This document shows, piece after piece, positions 19,601-28,796 of a DNA stretch of 39,373 nt. The DNA is from a virus (Duplodnaviria; Caudoviricetes): IMG/VR virus record IMGVR_UViG_3300008267_000209, positions 1 through 39,373 of that record; one strand, given 5' to 3'. Every line of letters starts with the position of its first letter. Positions within the stretch are counted from its first letter, which is position 1. The position numbers and the translations under genes were made by a program. The notes under the pieces were generated by a model. That model was given only the letters and a program-made list of their open reading frames with translations, was not told where the DNA came from and searched no databases.

Positions 19601-22600
19601 GTTCAGGTATTATTGTTAACTTAAACGCATCTTTAAATGATAATCCATATCCAACAGTACAATATGTAAATTGGGGTAATTTAACAGCTAGTATTGAGCC
19701 TCTTACCGCATCATATCAACAAGCTTTTGTTTCTATTGATTCAACTGGCAATATTTACCAGCAAGGAACACCATACGTTGCAGGACAATTTGATACAGCA
19801 ATTAATATAGGTGTTGTATTATTTCAAAACCAATCTACAATTAATGGTGTTAAAACACAACCTTCTACAGCATATGGTTTTGAACAATCTCAAAATATAT
19901 TTAACAGAGCATTTGGACCACTAAAATTATCAGGATTTATCTTATCACCTAGCGGATCTTCGACAGGTAGCTTAGTAGTAGGTAGTGGTACAGCTTATTC
20001 TCCTGGATCTAATTATGCTGTAGACCCAAATAATCCGTCATACGCTTCTGATTCCGGAACTAGTGTATCTAAAATATTTAGATATTACCAATCAGGATCT
20101 AATTGGGTTTATCAAACTAATGGAGGAGCTGGATTTGGAGCTATTGATCCTACACAATATTCAAATAATGGTGTTTTAACAGCAGTACCTCCCCCTGCAA
20201 ATTTAAATTGGACTATTCAAAGAGTATTCTGGTTTCCTAATAGTGTAGCTAAAGCAATAGTTGTTTATTATGGTAATGCCTATTATGGATCAGAATCTGA
20301 AGCTATTGCAAATATAAACATAGAACCATTCGTAGAAGCTCCTAATACAGCAGCTAATGCAATTTATTTAGGCGCTATTATAATTAATGGTAGTGGTGTG
20401 TTTACAAGCGCTAATGACTTTACAATAGTACCAGGAGGTTTGTTTAGACAAGTAGGAGGATCAGGTGGTGGTGGATCAGTAGTGACTACTCGTTTAGTAG
20501 ATCTATCAGATGTTGGTATATCAGGACCTACAGATGGTCAAGCACTAGTATACAATTCTACTTCACTTAAATGGGAGAATAAGTCGTTCATTAGTGCCTC
20601 TATTAGTGGAAATGCTGCTACAGCAACAACAGCATCATATGCACAAAATTCTCAAACAGCATCTTATGCTTTAAATGCAACAAGTGCTTCATATTCTTCT
20701 AATTCAACAAGTGCATCTTATGCATTAAATGCTACTAGTGCATCATATGCTTTAAGTGCTTCTTATGCTTCAAACTCAACGAGTGCCTCATACGCTTTAA
20801 GTGCATCTTATGCTCTTAATGCGACAAGTGCATCTTATGCCCTAAACAGTACTTCTGCAAGTTATTCTTTAAATAGTACAAGTGCATCTTATGCTCTTAA
20901 TGCGACAAGTGCATCCTATGCTTTAAATGCTACAAGTGCTTCATTTGCATCAACTGCAGCTTTAGCTCCTAATTATGTACCTACTAGTGTAACATCTTCA
21001 ATGTTAGCACCTTATGTACTAACATCACAGACATCCTCAATGTCTGTTTTAAGCGCTTCTTATGCTAGTGGTTCTACAAGTGCATCATATTCACTTCAAT
21101 CAACAAATGCAACAACAGCATCATATGTACAAAATGCTCAAACAGCATCTTACGTACTACAAGCAGTATCTGCTTCATTTGCTTCAACAGCATCATCTGC
21201 AGATGATTTTACTGTTAGAGGTACATTAACAGCTCAAACAATTGTAGCTCAAGTAATTACCTCATCTACCGATTTTGTAACTGGATCAACTAGATTCGGT
21301 AGTTTATTAACTAATACTCATCTATTTACTGGTTCAGTAAGTATAACTGGTAGTTTGAATGTTGTTGGGGGTGGAATTACAGGATCATTATTAGGTACTG
21401 CAAGTTGGGCTAATAATGCAATATCATCATCATATGCTTTAAATGCAACAAGTGCATCTTATGCTTTAAATGCTACTAGTGCTTCTTTTGCAACTCAAGC
21501 AGCAAATGCAACTACATCTTCATATGTTCTAAATGCTATTTCTGCTTCATTTGCTTCAACAGCATCTTCTGTTAATACACTCAACCAAAGTGTAATAATA
21601 ACAGGAAGTTTAACAATAGGATCATCATCATTAGGAGCTAATGAAAATACTTTAGTAGTAGGACTACCTCCAGGAGCAGGTGTAGGTGAAGGTGGACAAA
21701 TATTACTACAAGCCCCAGGAGGTACTTACACCTCAGCTTCAATGTGGGATAACTATCAAAATCAAACTCGATTATTAAGAGGAACAAATGCAGGAAGTGA
21801 TGCTATAGTAGCTAGCTTTAATATGCATTCAAAACAAGTTCAATTCCCAGCATATACAGGTTCAGGAGCATTCCCTGGATCAGCAACTGCTAATTTATCC
21901 GTTGATTCTAATGGTAATATAATAACAACCGCTATTGGCTCTAGCTTAACTGGTGGTTCTACTAATTATGTAGCTAGATGGGCTAGCACAACAACATTAA
22001 CAACAGGATCATTATTTGATAGTGCTTCAAGAGTTGGTATAGGTACTATTACTCCATCTTATACATTAGATGTGACAGGTGATATAAGAGCAACAGGTGC
22101 TGTTTATGCTAATGCAAACGGTACTATGTACTTTAGAGGTGGTGATGATGCTGAATTGTGGGATATAAACGTAGCAAATACAATTGGTATTTATGGTCAA
22201 CAAGATCAAGGAGTAGCTTCTATAAAATTAGGATCTGGTGGAGGAGTAATTTCAGGAAGAAGTGGAAGTATAGGTATTGGAACTACAACTCCAAACTCAG
22301 CTTCATTACATGTTAGTGGTAATGTTTTTGCTACTTCATTTACAGGATCATTATTTGGAACTGCTAGCTGGGCTAATAATGCAACAACATCATCATATGC
22401 TTTAAACGCTACAAGTGCATCATTTGCAACTCAAGCAGCAAATGCAAACACAGCATCTTATGTTGTAACAGCTCAAACAGCATCATTTGTAACAACTGCT
22501 CAAACAGCATCTTATGTTTTACAAGCAGTGTCTGCTTCATTCGCTACTAGTGCTTCTCAAGCAGTAACTGCTTCTTATGTTCTAAATGCAATAAGTAGTT

Positions 22601-23442
22601 CATTTGCTTCTACAGCATCGTCTGCAGATAACTTTACAGTAAGAGGTACATTAACTGCTCAAACTATTGTAGTACAAACAATAACATCATCTACTGATTT
22701 TGTTACTGGATCAACTAGATTCGGTAGCAGTTTATTAAATACTCACCAGTTTACTGGTAGTGTAAGTATAACAGGATCATTGAATGTAACAGGAGCAGGA
22801 ATTACTGGATCTTTATTAGGAACTGCATCTAATGCTACTTCTGCATCTTATGCTCTTAATGCTACCTCAGCATCATATGCTCTAAATTCAACAAGTGCTT
22901 CGTTTGCAACAACAGCTTCTTACGTACTAACAGCTCAAACAGCTTCTTACGTTTTACAAGCAGTAAGTGCTTCATTTGCAACGTTAGCCCAAACAGCTAA
23001 TACAGCTTCTTATGTTGTAACTGCTCAAACAGCCTCCTACGTCCTAAACGCAGTAAGTGCTTCATATGCTGCAACATCATCTTATGCCTTTAATTTTAAT
23101 GTAGCTAACTTCTTAAATATAGATTCAGCTTCACTTGATTATCAACAAAATCTAAGTGTAACAACAGGCTCTTACCAAACAATAGTTAGTGTAGCTACAG
23201 GCTCTTATAGATGTGCCTTCTTTGATTACGTAACATTCTCAGGATCAGTATCAAGAGCAGGAACTGTTTATACAGTTTGGAGTGGATCAACTACAGAATA
23301 CACTGAAACCTACACTAACGATATAGGAGGAAGTACAGCAATAGTAGATTTAAGAACAGCAATTAGTGGTAGTAATATACAATTACAAGCTGGAATTTCA
23401 GGTTCAGCTTGGACAGTTCGTTCACTAGTAAGATTAATATAA
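13615..23442 (+). CDS. Giant fibre/stalk protein (3275 aa)
   Basis: N-terminal LKLRRSAVPGKIP..L.YGEIALNTYDG (Mtd_N-like fibre anchor); many (T/S)AS(Y/F)A repeats; GNVGVGTTTP-type repeats; five copies of an SADNF..THQFTGS module; C-terminal domain shared with 25631..27172. Confidence 0.8.
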   Translation: MSNQFLKLRRSAVPGKIPTTSSLEYGEIALNTYDGLAFIKKSGSNGEEIIAIGSGVSGSFTGSLFGTASWANNATTSSYAFNATSASYALNSTSASYSIIAMSASYAFNATSASYALSSSYASTASLATSGNGSFTGSFSGSLYNLKGTVSHIPYFSQSQVLDDSTMFQVDNGGGAFSIALNQNGVSGLAPEALFVYQPSATSYNVISGKGNLNNYLQLNIQNENNGANASSDIVATANNGSETTNYIDMGINGASYTGFLGGPNDAYIYATGSNFHIGNIDPNTHLGFFVGGDDVMGYNKLQLNPDNQHSMTGSLEISGSLIVLNGITGSLQGTASWASNAISASFASTASSADNFLVRGTLTAQTIVAQVITSSTEFVTGSTKFGSIISNTHQFTGSVSISGSLAVNNSSVVLSNQTGSMSVLSASYASGSTSASYASGSTSASFATSASQAVTASYVLNAVSASFASSASTAVSSSYAISASQAQNAVTASYLSGYVSPFPYTGSAQITGSLGVTGSVSISGSTGALFSANIDTISFTGSFSQSGSLTVSGSINVTSGVTGSLFGTSSWANNATTSSYASSSTSASYASTASFAITAQTASYILNAVSASYALSASNAQTASSADNFLVRGTLTAQTIVAQTITSSTEYITGSTQFGSLLSNTHQFTGSVSITGSLVVNDSSVVLSNQTGSMSVLSASYASGSTSASYALTASYVSASNVVGLNLSQIVTGSVTASVDINNNTFRLISGSSTFLYVSSSGNVGVGTTTPTYKLEVSGNIKIQTTGSSNSFDIANGSNAIFKITNRTTHSDLRLADGGSGGPVLIGTNGQYGWGESGTGSVVIHSSTGGLGSHQGVHNNSIIVGWNGSAITYNSTNTVRIGDINSLQNIGDSATGIGVGNWGILVKGDGSTNQIRLGGVLPISGAVNTTTIGIGLTTSLSNVVMLGLSSQTTMIGQGTVTGSGAILQIDSTSKGFLLSRMTAAQRTAISSPAQGLQVYDTGSTTEGIWYYDSGSIKNWTRLLNDSGSQIISGSLSVTQGITSSLFGTASWAQNALTSSYVLNAISASYAVNADTASYVLQAVSASYASSSTSASYSQNSTSASYALTASYVSASNVVGLNLSQITTGSVTASVNIDSNTFKLVSGSSTFLFVSNSGNFGVGTTTPSYKLDVNGTGRFSGGLTVASSLLFTTSNNVLIATSFDNDSLTLRAGSTPALSAAIKLQARYLNPSGYISFQVGDGVSLAEQMSISQSGQFRLNSYTSPTSFTGSAAGYLAFDSTGSILTTNALTASLLGTASWANNATTASYSLNTTSASYSLNSTSASYALQATNADTASYVLQAISASYASASTSASYALSASYAANATTASYVLQAISSSFASTASSADDFLVRGTLTAQTIVAQIITSSTDFVTGSTRFGSNLTNTHQFTGSVSITGSLVVNNSNVILTNQTSSMSVLSASYANTASYANNSTTASYASVATSASYALNATTASYAVSSSQAQNATTASYALAATSASYSNNSTSASYASASTSASYALNSTSASYAQTASYATNITISGSINNIDYIDFDTTASFADAIGRLGYNSGEGTLQFGLAGGNVTLNIGEDLYQYVYNAETASMTKGQVVFISGSQGNRIAVKLASATNEYGSANTLGFVAETIAAGAEGWVMTEGNLRKLNTIGLIGGELLYLGTTPGTYTQTSPIAPNHGVRLGYAERIDATIGSIYVKIDNGYELGELHNVIDNSNTGSFGDLFIKSGSVWINSKQLTGSYGLTGSLIATSITATSITGSLFGTASWANNAITSSYALNSTSASYALSSSYAANADLLDGKDSTIFATTGSNIFKGNQTVTGSLFTSGSNTLIGTTTLTGSLLVSGSTTQTGNNTLIGNTTLSGSITISGSNGPGSTTASVQIYGDIRQSGYHRFDPVSTNIDTSISASYIYVSGSTNDLYFSQNGAGYANTTRLRWLEGNLYTGLLNGGLITTQSSTVYRVSSGSGIIVNLNASLNDNPYPTVQYVNWGNLTASIEPLTASYQQAFVSIDSTGNIYQQGTPYVAGQFDTAINIGVVLFQNQSTINGVKTQPSTAYGFEQSQNIFNRAFGPLKLSGFILSPSGSSTGSLVVGSGTAYSPGSNYAVDPNNPSYASDSGTSVSKIFRYYQSGSNWVYQTNGGAGFGAIDPTQYSNNGVLTAVPPPANLNWTIQRVFWFPNSVAKAIVVYYGNAYYGSESEAIANINIEPFVEAPNTAANAIYLGAIIINGSGVFTSANDFTIVPGGLFRQVGGSGGGGSVVTTRLVDLSDVGISGPTDGQALVYNSTSLKWENKSFISASISGNAATATTASYAQNSQTASYALNATSASYSSNSTSASYALNATSASYALSASYASNSTSASYALSASYALNATSASYALNSTSASYSLNSTSASYALNATSASYALNATSASFASTAALAPNYVPTSVTSSMLAPYVLTSQTSSMSVLSASYASGSTSASYSLQSTNATTASYVQNAQTASYVLQAVSASFASTASSADDFTVRGTLTAQTIVAQVITSSTDFVTGSTRFGSLLTNTHLFTGSVSITGSLNVVGGGITGSLLGTASWANNAISSSYALNATSASYALNATSASFATQAANATTSSYVLNAISASFASTASSVNTLNQSVIITGSLTIGSSSLGANENTLVVGLPPGAGVGEGGQILLQAPGGTYTSASMWDNYQNQTRLLRGTNAGSDAIVASFNMHSKQVQFPAYTGSGAFPGSATANLSVDSNGNIITTAIGSSLTGGSTNYVARWASTTTLTTGSLFDSASRVGIGTITPSYTLDVTGDIRATGAVYANANGTMYFRGGDDAELWDINVANTIGIYGQQDQGVASIKLGSGGGVISGRSGSIGIGTTTPNSASLHVSGNVFATSFTGSLFGTASWANNATTSSYALNATSASFATQAANANTASYVVTAQTASFVTTAQTASYVLQAVSASFATSASQAVTASYVLNAISSSFASTASSADNFTVRGTLTAQTIVVQTITSSTDFVTGSTRFGSSLLNTHQFTGSVSITGSLNVTGAGITGSLLGTASNATSASYALNATSASYALNSTSASFATTASYVLTAQTASYVLQAVSASFATLAQTANTASYVVTAQTASYVLNAVSASYAATSSYAFNFNVANFLNIDSASLDYQQNLSVTTGSYQTIVSVATGSYRCAFFDYVTFSGSVSRAGTVYTVWSGSTTEYTETYTNDIGGSTAIVDLRTAISGSNIQLQAGISGSAWTVRSLVRLI
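14889..14951 (+). repeat. Perfect 27-bp tandem duplication in fibre gene
   Basis: AAGTGCTTCTTATGCTAGTGGATCAAC x2 plus a partial third copy; encodes SASYASGST. Confidence 0.9.
20630..20960 (+). repeat. Degenerate 27/18-bp coding repeats (ALNATSASY / ALSASY)
   Basis: More than ten consecutive 9- or 6-aa units. Confidence 0.85.
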
Positions 23443-23443
23443 T

Positions 23444-24142
23444 ATGGGTTTTCATAGAGGTCCTAAAGTAGTTACAAATGGTTTAGTATTAGCATTAGAT
23501 GCTGCTAACGTGAAGAGTTATCCTGGTAGTGGTACTGTATGGAATGATTTGAGTGGAAATAATAATAGTGGTTCTTTAATAAATGGACCTACATTTAATA
23601 GTGCTAATGGAGGGAGTATATCTTTTGATGGAACAAACGATTATGTAAACACAAATTATAACGCTGGGACTTTTACAAAATTTACTCTAGCTGCCTGGAT
23701 ATATAAAACAAATACAACAAAAGCTTTTATATTAAATGCAGCAGGAACTGCAACCCCACCAGCACTTATTCTTGGGTTTGGAATTGAATTATATGAAACC
23801 ATTGCATATTTTGACGCGTCAGTTGGATCTGTAGATTCTTACGGAGAGTTTCCTTTTGCAGAGAGTGGGTGGAACTATTGGACAGTAATTTATGATGGAA
23901 CTCAAACAGGAAATTCAAATAGATTAAAAGTGTATTTAAATGGAATATTTAAAACATTAACATTTACAGGCACTATACCATCTTCAATCCCATCTTCAGA
24001 TGTATTTTATTTATCTAGAAGACCCTGGGTAGTTGAATACTCATTATGTAGAATAGCAAACGTACACATGTACAACAGAGCTTTATCTGTTACTGAAGTC
24101 CTACAAAACTACAACGCACTAAAATCACGTTTTAATCTATAA
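23444..24142 (+). CDS. LamG/concanavalin A-like lectin-fold protein
   Basis: GLVLALDAAN..SYPGSGT.W.DLSG, FDGTNDYV, FTLAAWI, KVYLNG, YNRALS..EVLQNY. Confidence 0.8.
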   Translation: MGFHRGPKVVTNGLVLALDAANVKSYPGSGTVWNDLSGNNNSGSLINGPTFNSANGGSISFDGTNDYVNTNYNAGTFTKFTLAAWIYKTNTTKAFILNAAGTATPPALILGFGIELYETIAYFDASVGSVDSYGEFPFAESGWNYWTVIYDGTQTGNSNRLKVYLNGIFKTLTFTGTIPSSIPSSDVFYLSRRPWVVEYSLCRIANVHMYNRALSVTEVLQNYNALKSRFNL

Positions 24143-24145
24143 TAA

Positions 24146-24880
24146 ATGTATACAGGAGCTAATATAGTTAGAAGTGGTTTAGTATTAGCGTTAGATGCTG
24201 CTAATACAAAAAGTTATCCTGGTAGTGGAACTACATGGAGTGATGTTAGTGGAAATAATAATACTGGGACTTTAACTAACGGACCTACATTTAATTCTGC
24301 TAATGGTGGGAGTATTGTATTCGATGGTACTAATGATTATGTTAATATGCCCTCTTCTTTTTTAAGTGCAACATCTCTAACGTATCAATTTAATATGTTG
24401 TTTAGTTCTGTAACTACACAATCTGTATTTTTAGGGTATGGAGATGGTACGGCAAATTATACTTGTAATTGCAGAATAGGAAGTTCAACAGATACAGCCC
24501 CATCTGCAGGAAATTGCAGAATAACAATAAGAGTTGCTGATACTACAAATTCAGTAAATAATACAATTATATCAACAACAAATTTAAGTGTAAATACTAT
24601 ATATAATATAGCTATAGTATTTCTTCCAAGTTCTTATAAAATATATATTAATGGGATAGAAGATACTGTAACTGCTATTCTTGGATTAAATAATGGAAAG
24701 TGGGCAAGAAATGGTGCAGGTGCAGGAACAATCGGAACAATAGGTGCTGTTAATTTTAATAACGCTTTATCTAATTATTTAGTAGGAAATATATATACAA
24801 CTCAAATACACAACCGTGCCCTCTCAGCAACAGAAATCCTCCAAAACTACAACGCACTAAAAAGCAGATTCAATTTATAA
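24146..24880 (+). CDS. LamG-like lectin-fold protein
   Basis: Same conserved N- and C-terminal blocks, divergent centre. Confidence 0.8.
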   Translation: MYTGANIVRSGLVLALDAANTKSYPGSGTTWSDVSGNNNTGTLTNGPTFNSANGGSIVFDGTNDYVNMPSSFLSATSLTYQFNMLFSSVTTQSVFLGYGDGTANYTCNCRIGSSTDTAPSAGNCRITIRVADTTNSVNNTIISTTNLSVNTIYNIAIVFLPSSYKIYINGIEDTVTAILGLNNGKWARNGAGAGTIGTIGAVNFNNALSNYLVGNIYTTQIHNRALSATEILQNYNALKSRFNL

Positions 24881-24881
24881 T

Positions 24882-25568
24882 ATGGCAACAATAGGTGGAT
24901 CAAATATAGTAAGAAGTGGATTAGTATTAGAGTTAGATGCTGCTAATGCAAGAAGTTATGTTAGTGGATCTACTGTGTGGAGAGATGTTTCTGGAACTAA
25001 TATTAGTGGTTCTTTAACTAATGGTCCTACATTTAATAGTGCAAATGGAGGAAGTATAGTATTTAATGGATCTAATCAATATGTAACAAGTTTACCTAGT
25101 TTAACTAGTACATTTATAACTTCATCTTTTTCTGTAGAATCCTGGATAAACATAACATCGTCACCACCTGCTGCTCAAATATGGTTTTCAGTACATAACT
25201 CAGGAGCAACCGGTAAAAGTATTCATTTTCGTGTAGTATCCGGTAGTTCTTTACTGTTTGGATTTTATGGTGATGATTTACCACAACAAAATAACGTAGT
25301 AACAACAGGCACATGGTATCAAATAATAAACACATATGATTCTGCCTCAGATAAAAGTTCTATGTTTTTAAATGGTACTTTACTAGTTACAGGAAGTGCA
25401 GGTCCTTATACAGGTCCTGCAGCAACAATGGGAATAGGACGTTGGGAATTAGGTCCACAAGAGTATTTTAAAGGTAATATAGCTAAAGTAGCAGTATATA
25501 ACCGCGCTCTTTCATCAACAGAAATCCTCCAAAACTACAACGCACAAAAATCACGCTTTGGCCTATAA
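24882..25568 (+). CDS. LamG-like lectin-fold protein
   Basis: Same conserved blocks; FSVESWI, WYQIINTYD, FKGNIAKVAVYNRALS. Confidence 0.8.
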   Translation: MATIGGSNIVRSGLVLELDAANARSYVSGSTVWRDVSGTNISGSLTNGPTFNSANGGSIVFNGSNQYVTSLPSLTSTFITSSFSVESWINITSSPPAAQIWFSVHNSGATGKSIHFRVVSGSSLLFGFYGDDLPQQNNVVTTGTWYQIINTYDSASDKSSMFLNGTLLVTGSAGPYTGPAATMGIGRWELGPQEYFKGNIAKVAVYNRALSSTEILQNYNAQKSRFGL

Positions 25569-25582
25569 ATAAATAGTTTTAC

Positions 25583-25620
25583 ATATTTATATGTGTCCAT
25601 TTTGGAAAATGAAAAAATGG
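25583..25620 (+). promoter_or_regulatory. ATATTTAT motif plus conserved-loop hairpin
   Basis: Motif 25583-25590; CCATTTT-GGAAAATGAA-AAAATGG 25597-25620, ending 10 nt before the ATG. Confidence 0.65.
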
Positions 25621-25630
25621 GTAGTATACT

Positions 25631-27172
25631 ATGGCTAATGAATTTCGCATTAAGAAAGGCCTCATCGTTAATGGATCAGGCTCAACAATACTAGACATAC
25701 AGGGCTCACAAGGCCAATTATTCTCCGTAACAGATCAACTATCTGGTTCATTATTCTCCGTAAATGACATTTCGGGTATTCCCGTAATAGAAGCATTTTC
25801 GGATACTACCGTCAAAATAGGACAATACTTATCAGAATCTATTATAGTATCAGGCAGCAATGCTAGAATTACTGGTTCATTATTTGGTACTGCATCTTGG
25901 GCATTAAATGCTGCAACATCATCATTTGTTTTAAATGCTGTATCTTCCTCGTTTGCAACAACAGCATCATATGTACTTACAGCTCAAACCGCTTCGTTTG
26001 TACAAACAGCTCAAACAGCTTCATACGTTCTAAACGCAACAAGTGCTTCATTTGCTTCAACTGCTTCTTTAGCACCTTTATACACCTTAGTATCTGTTAC
26101 AGGATCGATGTTAGCACCTTACACTCTTAATAGTGTAACTGCTTCAATGTTATCTCCATATGTTCTTAATTCAGTAACATCATCTATGTCTGTATTAAGT
26201 TCAAGTTACGCTAGTGGTTCAACTAGTTCATCTTTTGCTTCAACAGCAGCTTTAGCTCCGTTATATACTCTTAATAGTACAACGGCTTCGATGTTAGCAC
26301 CTTATGTTCTTGTTAGTGTAACATCTTCAATGTCTGTATTGAGTGCTTCTTATTCATCCGGATCTACTAGTGCTTCGTTTGCATCAACTGCTGCTTCAGC
26401 TCCATTATATACTCTAGTATCGGTTACAGGATCAATGTTAGCACCATATGTGCTTAATAGTGTAACCTCTTCAATGTCTGTATTAAGTGCTAGTTACGCT
26501 AGTGGTTCAACAAGTGCATCCTTTGCCTTAACAGCATCCTCTGCAGATAATTTTACAGTAAGAGGTACATTAACTGCTCAAACAATAGTTGTTCAAACAA
26601 TCACCAGTTCAGTTGATTTTGTTACTGGTTCTACTCGTTTTGGAACTCTAATCTCCAACACCCATCAATTTACAGGTAGTGTAAGTGTAAGTGGTAGTAT
26701 AACAGGAACAGCAGGTGTGATAAATTCTTTAACAGCATCTAATGCTACAAATGCTATAACAGCATCTTATGCTTTAACTTCTACTAGTGCTTCATTTGCT
26801 TCAACTTCATCATATGCTAATGCTACTTCAACAGTAGGTTATACTATAGGTGGTTCTCAAATATATTATGCTTCTGTTTTATCATCAACTAGCCCTTCAA
26901 CAGTAAATGTATTTACTAATGATACAGGTTCCTTCACCTCAGCATTCTATAATTACACTTTATCAAGTGGATCAAATGCTAGATCAGGACAAATATCAGC
27001 AGTGTGGGTAGGAGGTACAGTATCATATAATGATTACTCAACTATAGATATTGGAACTACTTCTGCAGTAACAGCATCAGTAGCAATAGTAACAGGTCAA
27101 GTACAACTTAATGTTCAAGTTCCATCTTCAACAACAGGATGGAGAGTAAAATCAACAGCAACTTATATTTAA
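25631..27172 (+). CDS. Fibre/stalk protein 2 (513 aa, MANEF- start)
   Basis: TAS(Y/F) repeats, triplicated APLYTL..SMLAPY unit, one SADNF module, C-terminal domain similar to that of the 3275-aa protein. Confidence 0.75.
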   Translation: MANEFRIKKGLIVNGSGSTILDIQGSQGQLFSVTDQLSGSLFSVNDISGIPVIEAFSDTTVKIGQYLSESIIVSGSNARITGSLFGTASWALNAATSSFVLNAVSSSFATTASYVLTAQTASFVQTAQTASYVLNATSASFASTASLAPLYTLVSVTGSMLAPYTLNSVTASMLSPYVLNSVTSSMSVLSSSYASGSTSSSFASTAALAPLYTLNSTTASMLAPYVLVSVTSSMSVLSASYSSGSTSASFASTAASAPLYTLVSVTGSMLAPYVLNSVTSSMSVLSASYASGSTSASFALTASSADNFTVRGTLTAQTIVVQTITSSVDFVTGSTRFGTLISNTHQFTGSVSVSGSITGTAGVINSLTASNATNAITASYALTSTSASFASTSSYANATSTVGYTIGGSQIYYASVLSSTSPSTVNVFTNDTGSFTSAFYNYTLSSGSNARSGQISAVWVGGTVSYNDYSTIDIGTTSAVTASVAIVTGQVQLNVQVPSSTTGWRVKSTATYI

Positions 27173-27184
27173 AAATAATAATTT

Positions 27185-27370
27185 ATGATTTATCAAGTAC
27201 AAATGCAATTCATTCCAGGTAATGATTCAATTTGGGTAGCTCATTTAAATCCAGATGACCCAATTTATCAATATGATAATGAAGCTGAAGCGCAAGCTAA
27301 AGCAACTGAATTACAGGATGCAGATCCTACAGGAAGACAATATCGTGTAACACAAATAGGAGCTGAGTAA
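27185..27370 (+). CDS. Small hypothetical protein (possible fibre accessory)
   Basis: 61-aa ORF between stalk and LamG genes; lacks the Ser/Thr bias. Confidence 0.65.
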   Translation: MIYQVQMQFIPGNDSIWVAHLNPDDPIYQYDNEAEAQAKATELQDADPTGRQYRVTQIGAE

Positions 27371-27371
27371 T

Positions 27372-28106
27372 ATGGGATTTTATGATGGACCTACTATTGT
27401 TACAAGCGGATTAGTATTATCATTAGATGCTGCTGATAGAAATTCTTATCTGGGTAGCGGAACTGTATGGAATGACTTAAGTGGAAATGGATTTAATGCC
27501 ACAATGTCAGGAAGTGTAGCTTATAGTGGATCATTCCCTAATTCTTTTCAATATGTTGATGCTACTAATAACTTTTTTTTAGGAAATAATGATCTGACAG
27601 GAAGTGTAATTAATGGAGTAACTATAACAAGTTGGGTCAAAGTAAATAATACTTCAACAAGAAGCTTTGTTTTTAGTAAATATAATACCAGTGGTATTCC
27701 TGGGTATCTTTTTGAATTAGGAACTGTAGCCGGGTTATGGACAAATACGTTAAGATTTTATACACAAGGTACAGTTGCTGTTTCAAGTGACTACAGAGGA
27801 GTAGCTAATGCTTTAACTCAAGGAAGTATATGTTTGGTAACTGCTACTTTTGATTTCGCTACAAAAACAACAGCAATGTATATTAACGCATCCGCTATAT
27901 CAGCTACTCAAGTAGGAGGAACTCAAGCAAATATAGGATCTGATTGGTATAAATCAACACCTTTATATAGGATAGGATCTACTAGACCTTTTGGAAATCT
28001 AGATGCTGCTATGAATCAATATAATCTTATGGTATATAATCGTGCATTATCAGCAACAGAAATCACCCAAAACTACAACGCAGTAAAATCACGCTTCGGC
28101 TTATAG
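27372..28106 (+). CDS. LamG-like lectin-fold protein
   Basis: GLVLSLDAAD..SY.GSGT.W.DLSG; YNRALSATEITQNY. Confidence 0.8.
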   Translation: MGFYDGPTIVTSGLVLSLDAADRNSYLGSGTVWNDLSGNGFNATMSGSVAYSGSFPNSFQYVDATNNFFLGNNDLTGSVINGVTITSWVKVNNTSTRSFVFSKYNTSGIPGYLFELGTVAGLWTNTLRFYTQGTVAVSSDYRGVANALTQGSICLVTATFDFATKTTAMYINASAISATQVGGTQANIGSDWYKSTPLYRIGSTRPFGNLDAAMNQYNLMVYNRALSATEITQNYNAVKSRFGL

Positions 28107-28115
28107 TTATAATAT

Positions 28116-28793
28116 ATGGCAACACAATACGCTTTTGGACAAATAGTAACAAACGGATTAGTAGTATCATTAGATGCTGCTGATAAGAATTCGTATCCTG
28201 GTAGCGGCACCTCATGGAATAACTTAACGACTAATACCCCTACATTAGGTACGTTAACTAACACTCCCACATTTACCACAGATAAAGGAGGAGGTGTATC
28301 TTTTAGTGGAACTAATCAATATATTAATTTTTCATCTAATCCCATAACTGGTGCAACTGCTACTACTTTTGATTTTTGGGTAAAAATAAATACAAGTACT
28401 GGAGCACAAGTTGAGAATCCTATAGGATTTATAGGAACGTTAAGTAATAATCAAATGAGACTTTTTTTTATGAGAAGCGGAAAATTAGCTATTGCCTACT
28501 ATAACAATGATTATACTTTCAATTATACAGTTACAGCAGGAGCAATAATTAATGCTACTTTTTTAGAAAACGGATCAGGAACGGTTTCTCTATACATAAA
28601 TGGAAATTTTATAGATTCAAGCGGATTAACAGCACCTAATACTGTTGGTAATACATTTTATTTAGGATATTATGCTGCAAGTTCGAACTATTTAAATGGC
28701 ACTATATATAATACTAAAATATATAATCGTGTATTATCAGCAACAGAAATTGCTCAAAACTACAACGCACAAAAATCACGCTTTGACTTATAA
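28116..28793 (+). CDS. LamG-like lectin-fold protein
   Basis: Same conserved blocks; LYING, YNRVLSATEIAQNY. Confidence 0.8.
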   Translation: MATQYAFGQIVTNGLVVSLDAADKNSYPGSGTSWNNLTTNTPTLGTLTNTPTFTTDKGGGVSFSGTNQYINFSSNPITGATATTFDFWVKINTSTGAQVENPIGFIGTLSNNQMRLFFMRSGKLAIAYYNNDYTFNYTVTAGAIINATFLENGSGTVSLYINGNFIDSSGLTAPNTVGNTFYLGYYAASSNYLNGTIYNTKIYNRVLSATEIAQNYNAQKSRFDL

Positions 28794-28796
28794 CAA

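Noticed and set aside
20630-23100. N-x-S/T N-glycosylation sequons (NAT, NST) in fibre repeats
   Set aside because: Equivalent repeat positions freely read NAV, NAI or QAV, so the sequon is not maintained; the invariant part is [S/T]AS.
13800-26800. CRISPR-like array in the 27-bp repeats
   Set aside because: Repeats are in-frame, degenerate at third codon positions and lack unique spacers.
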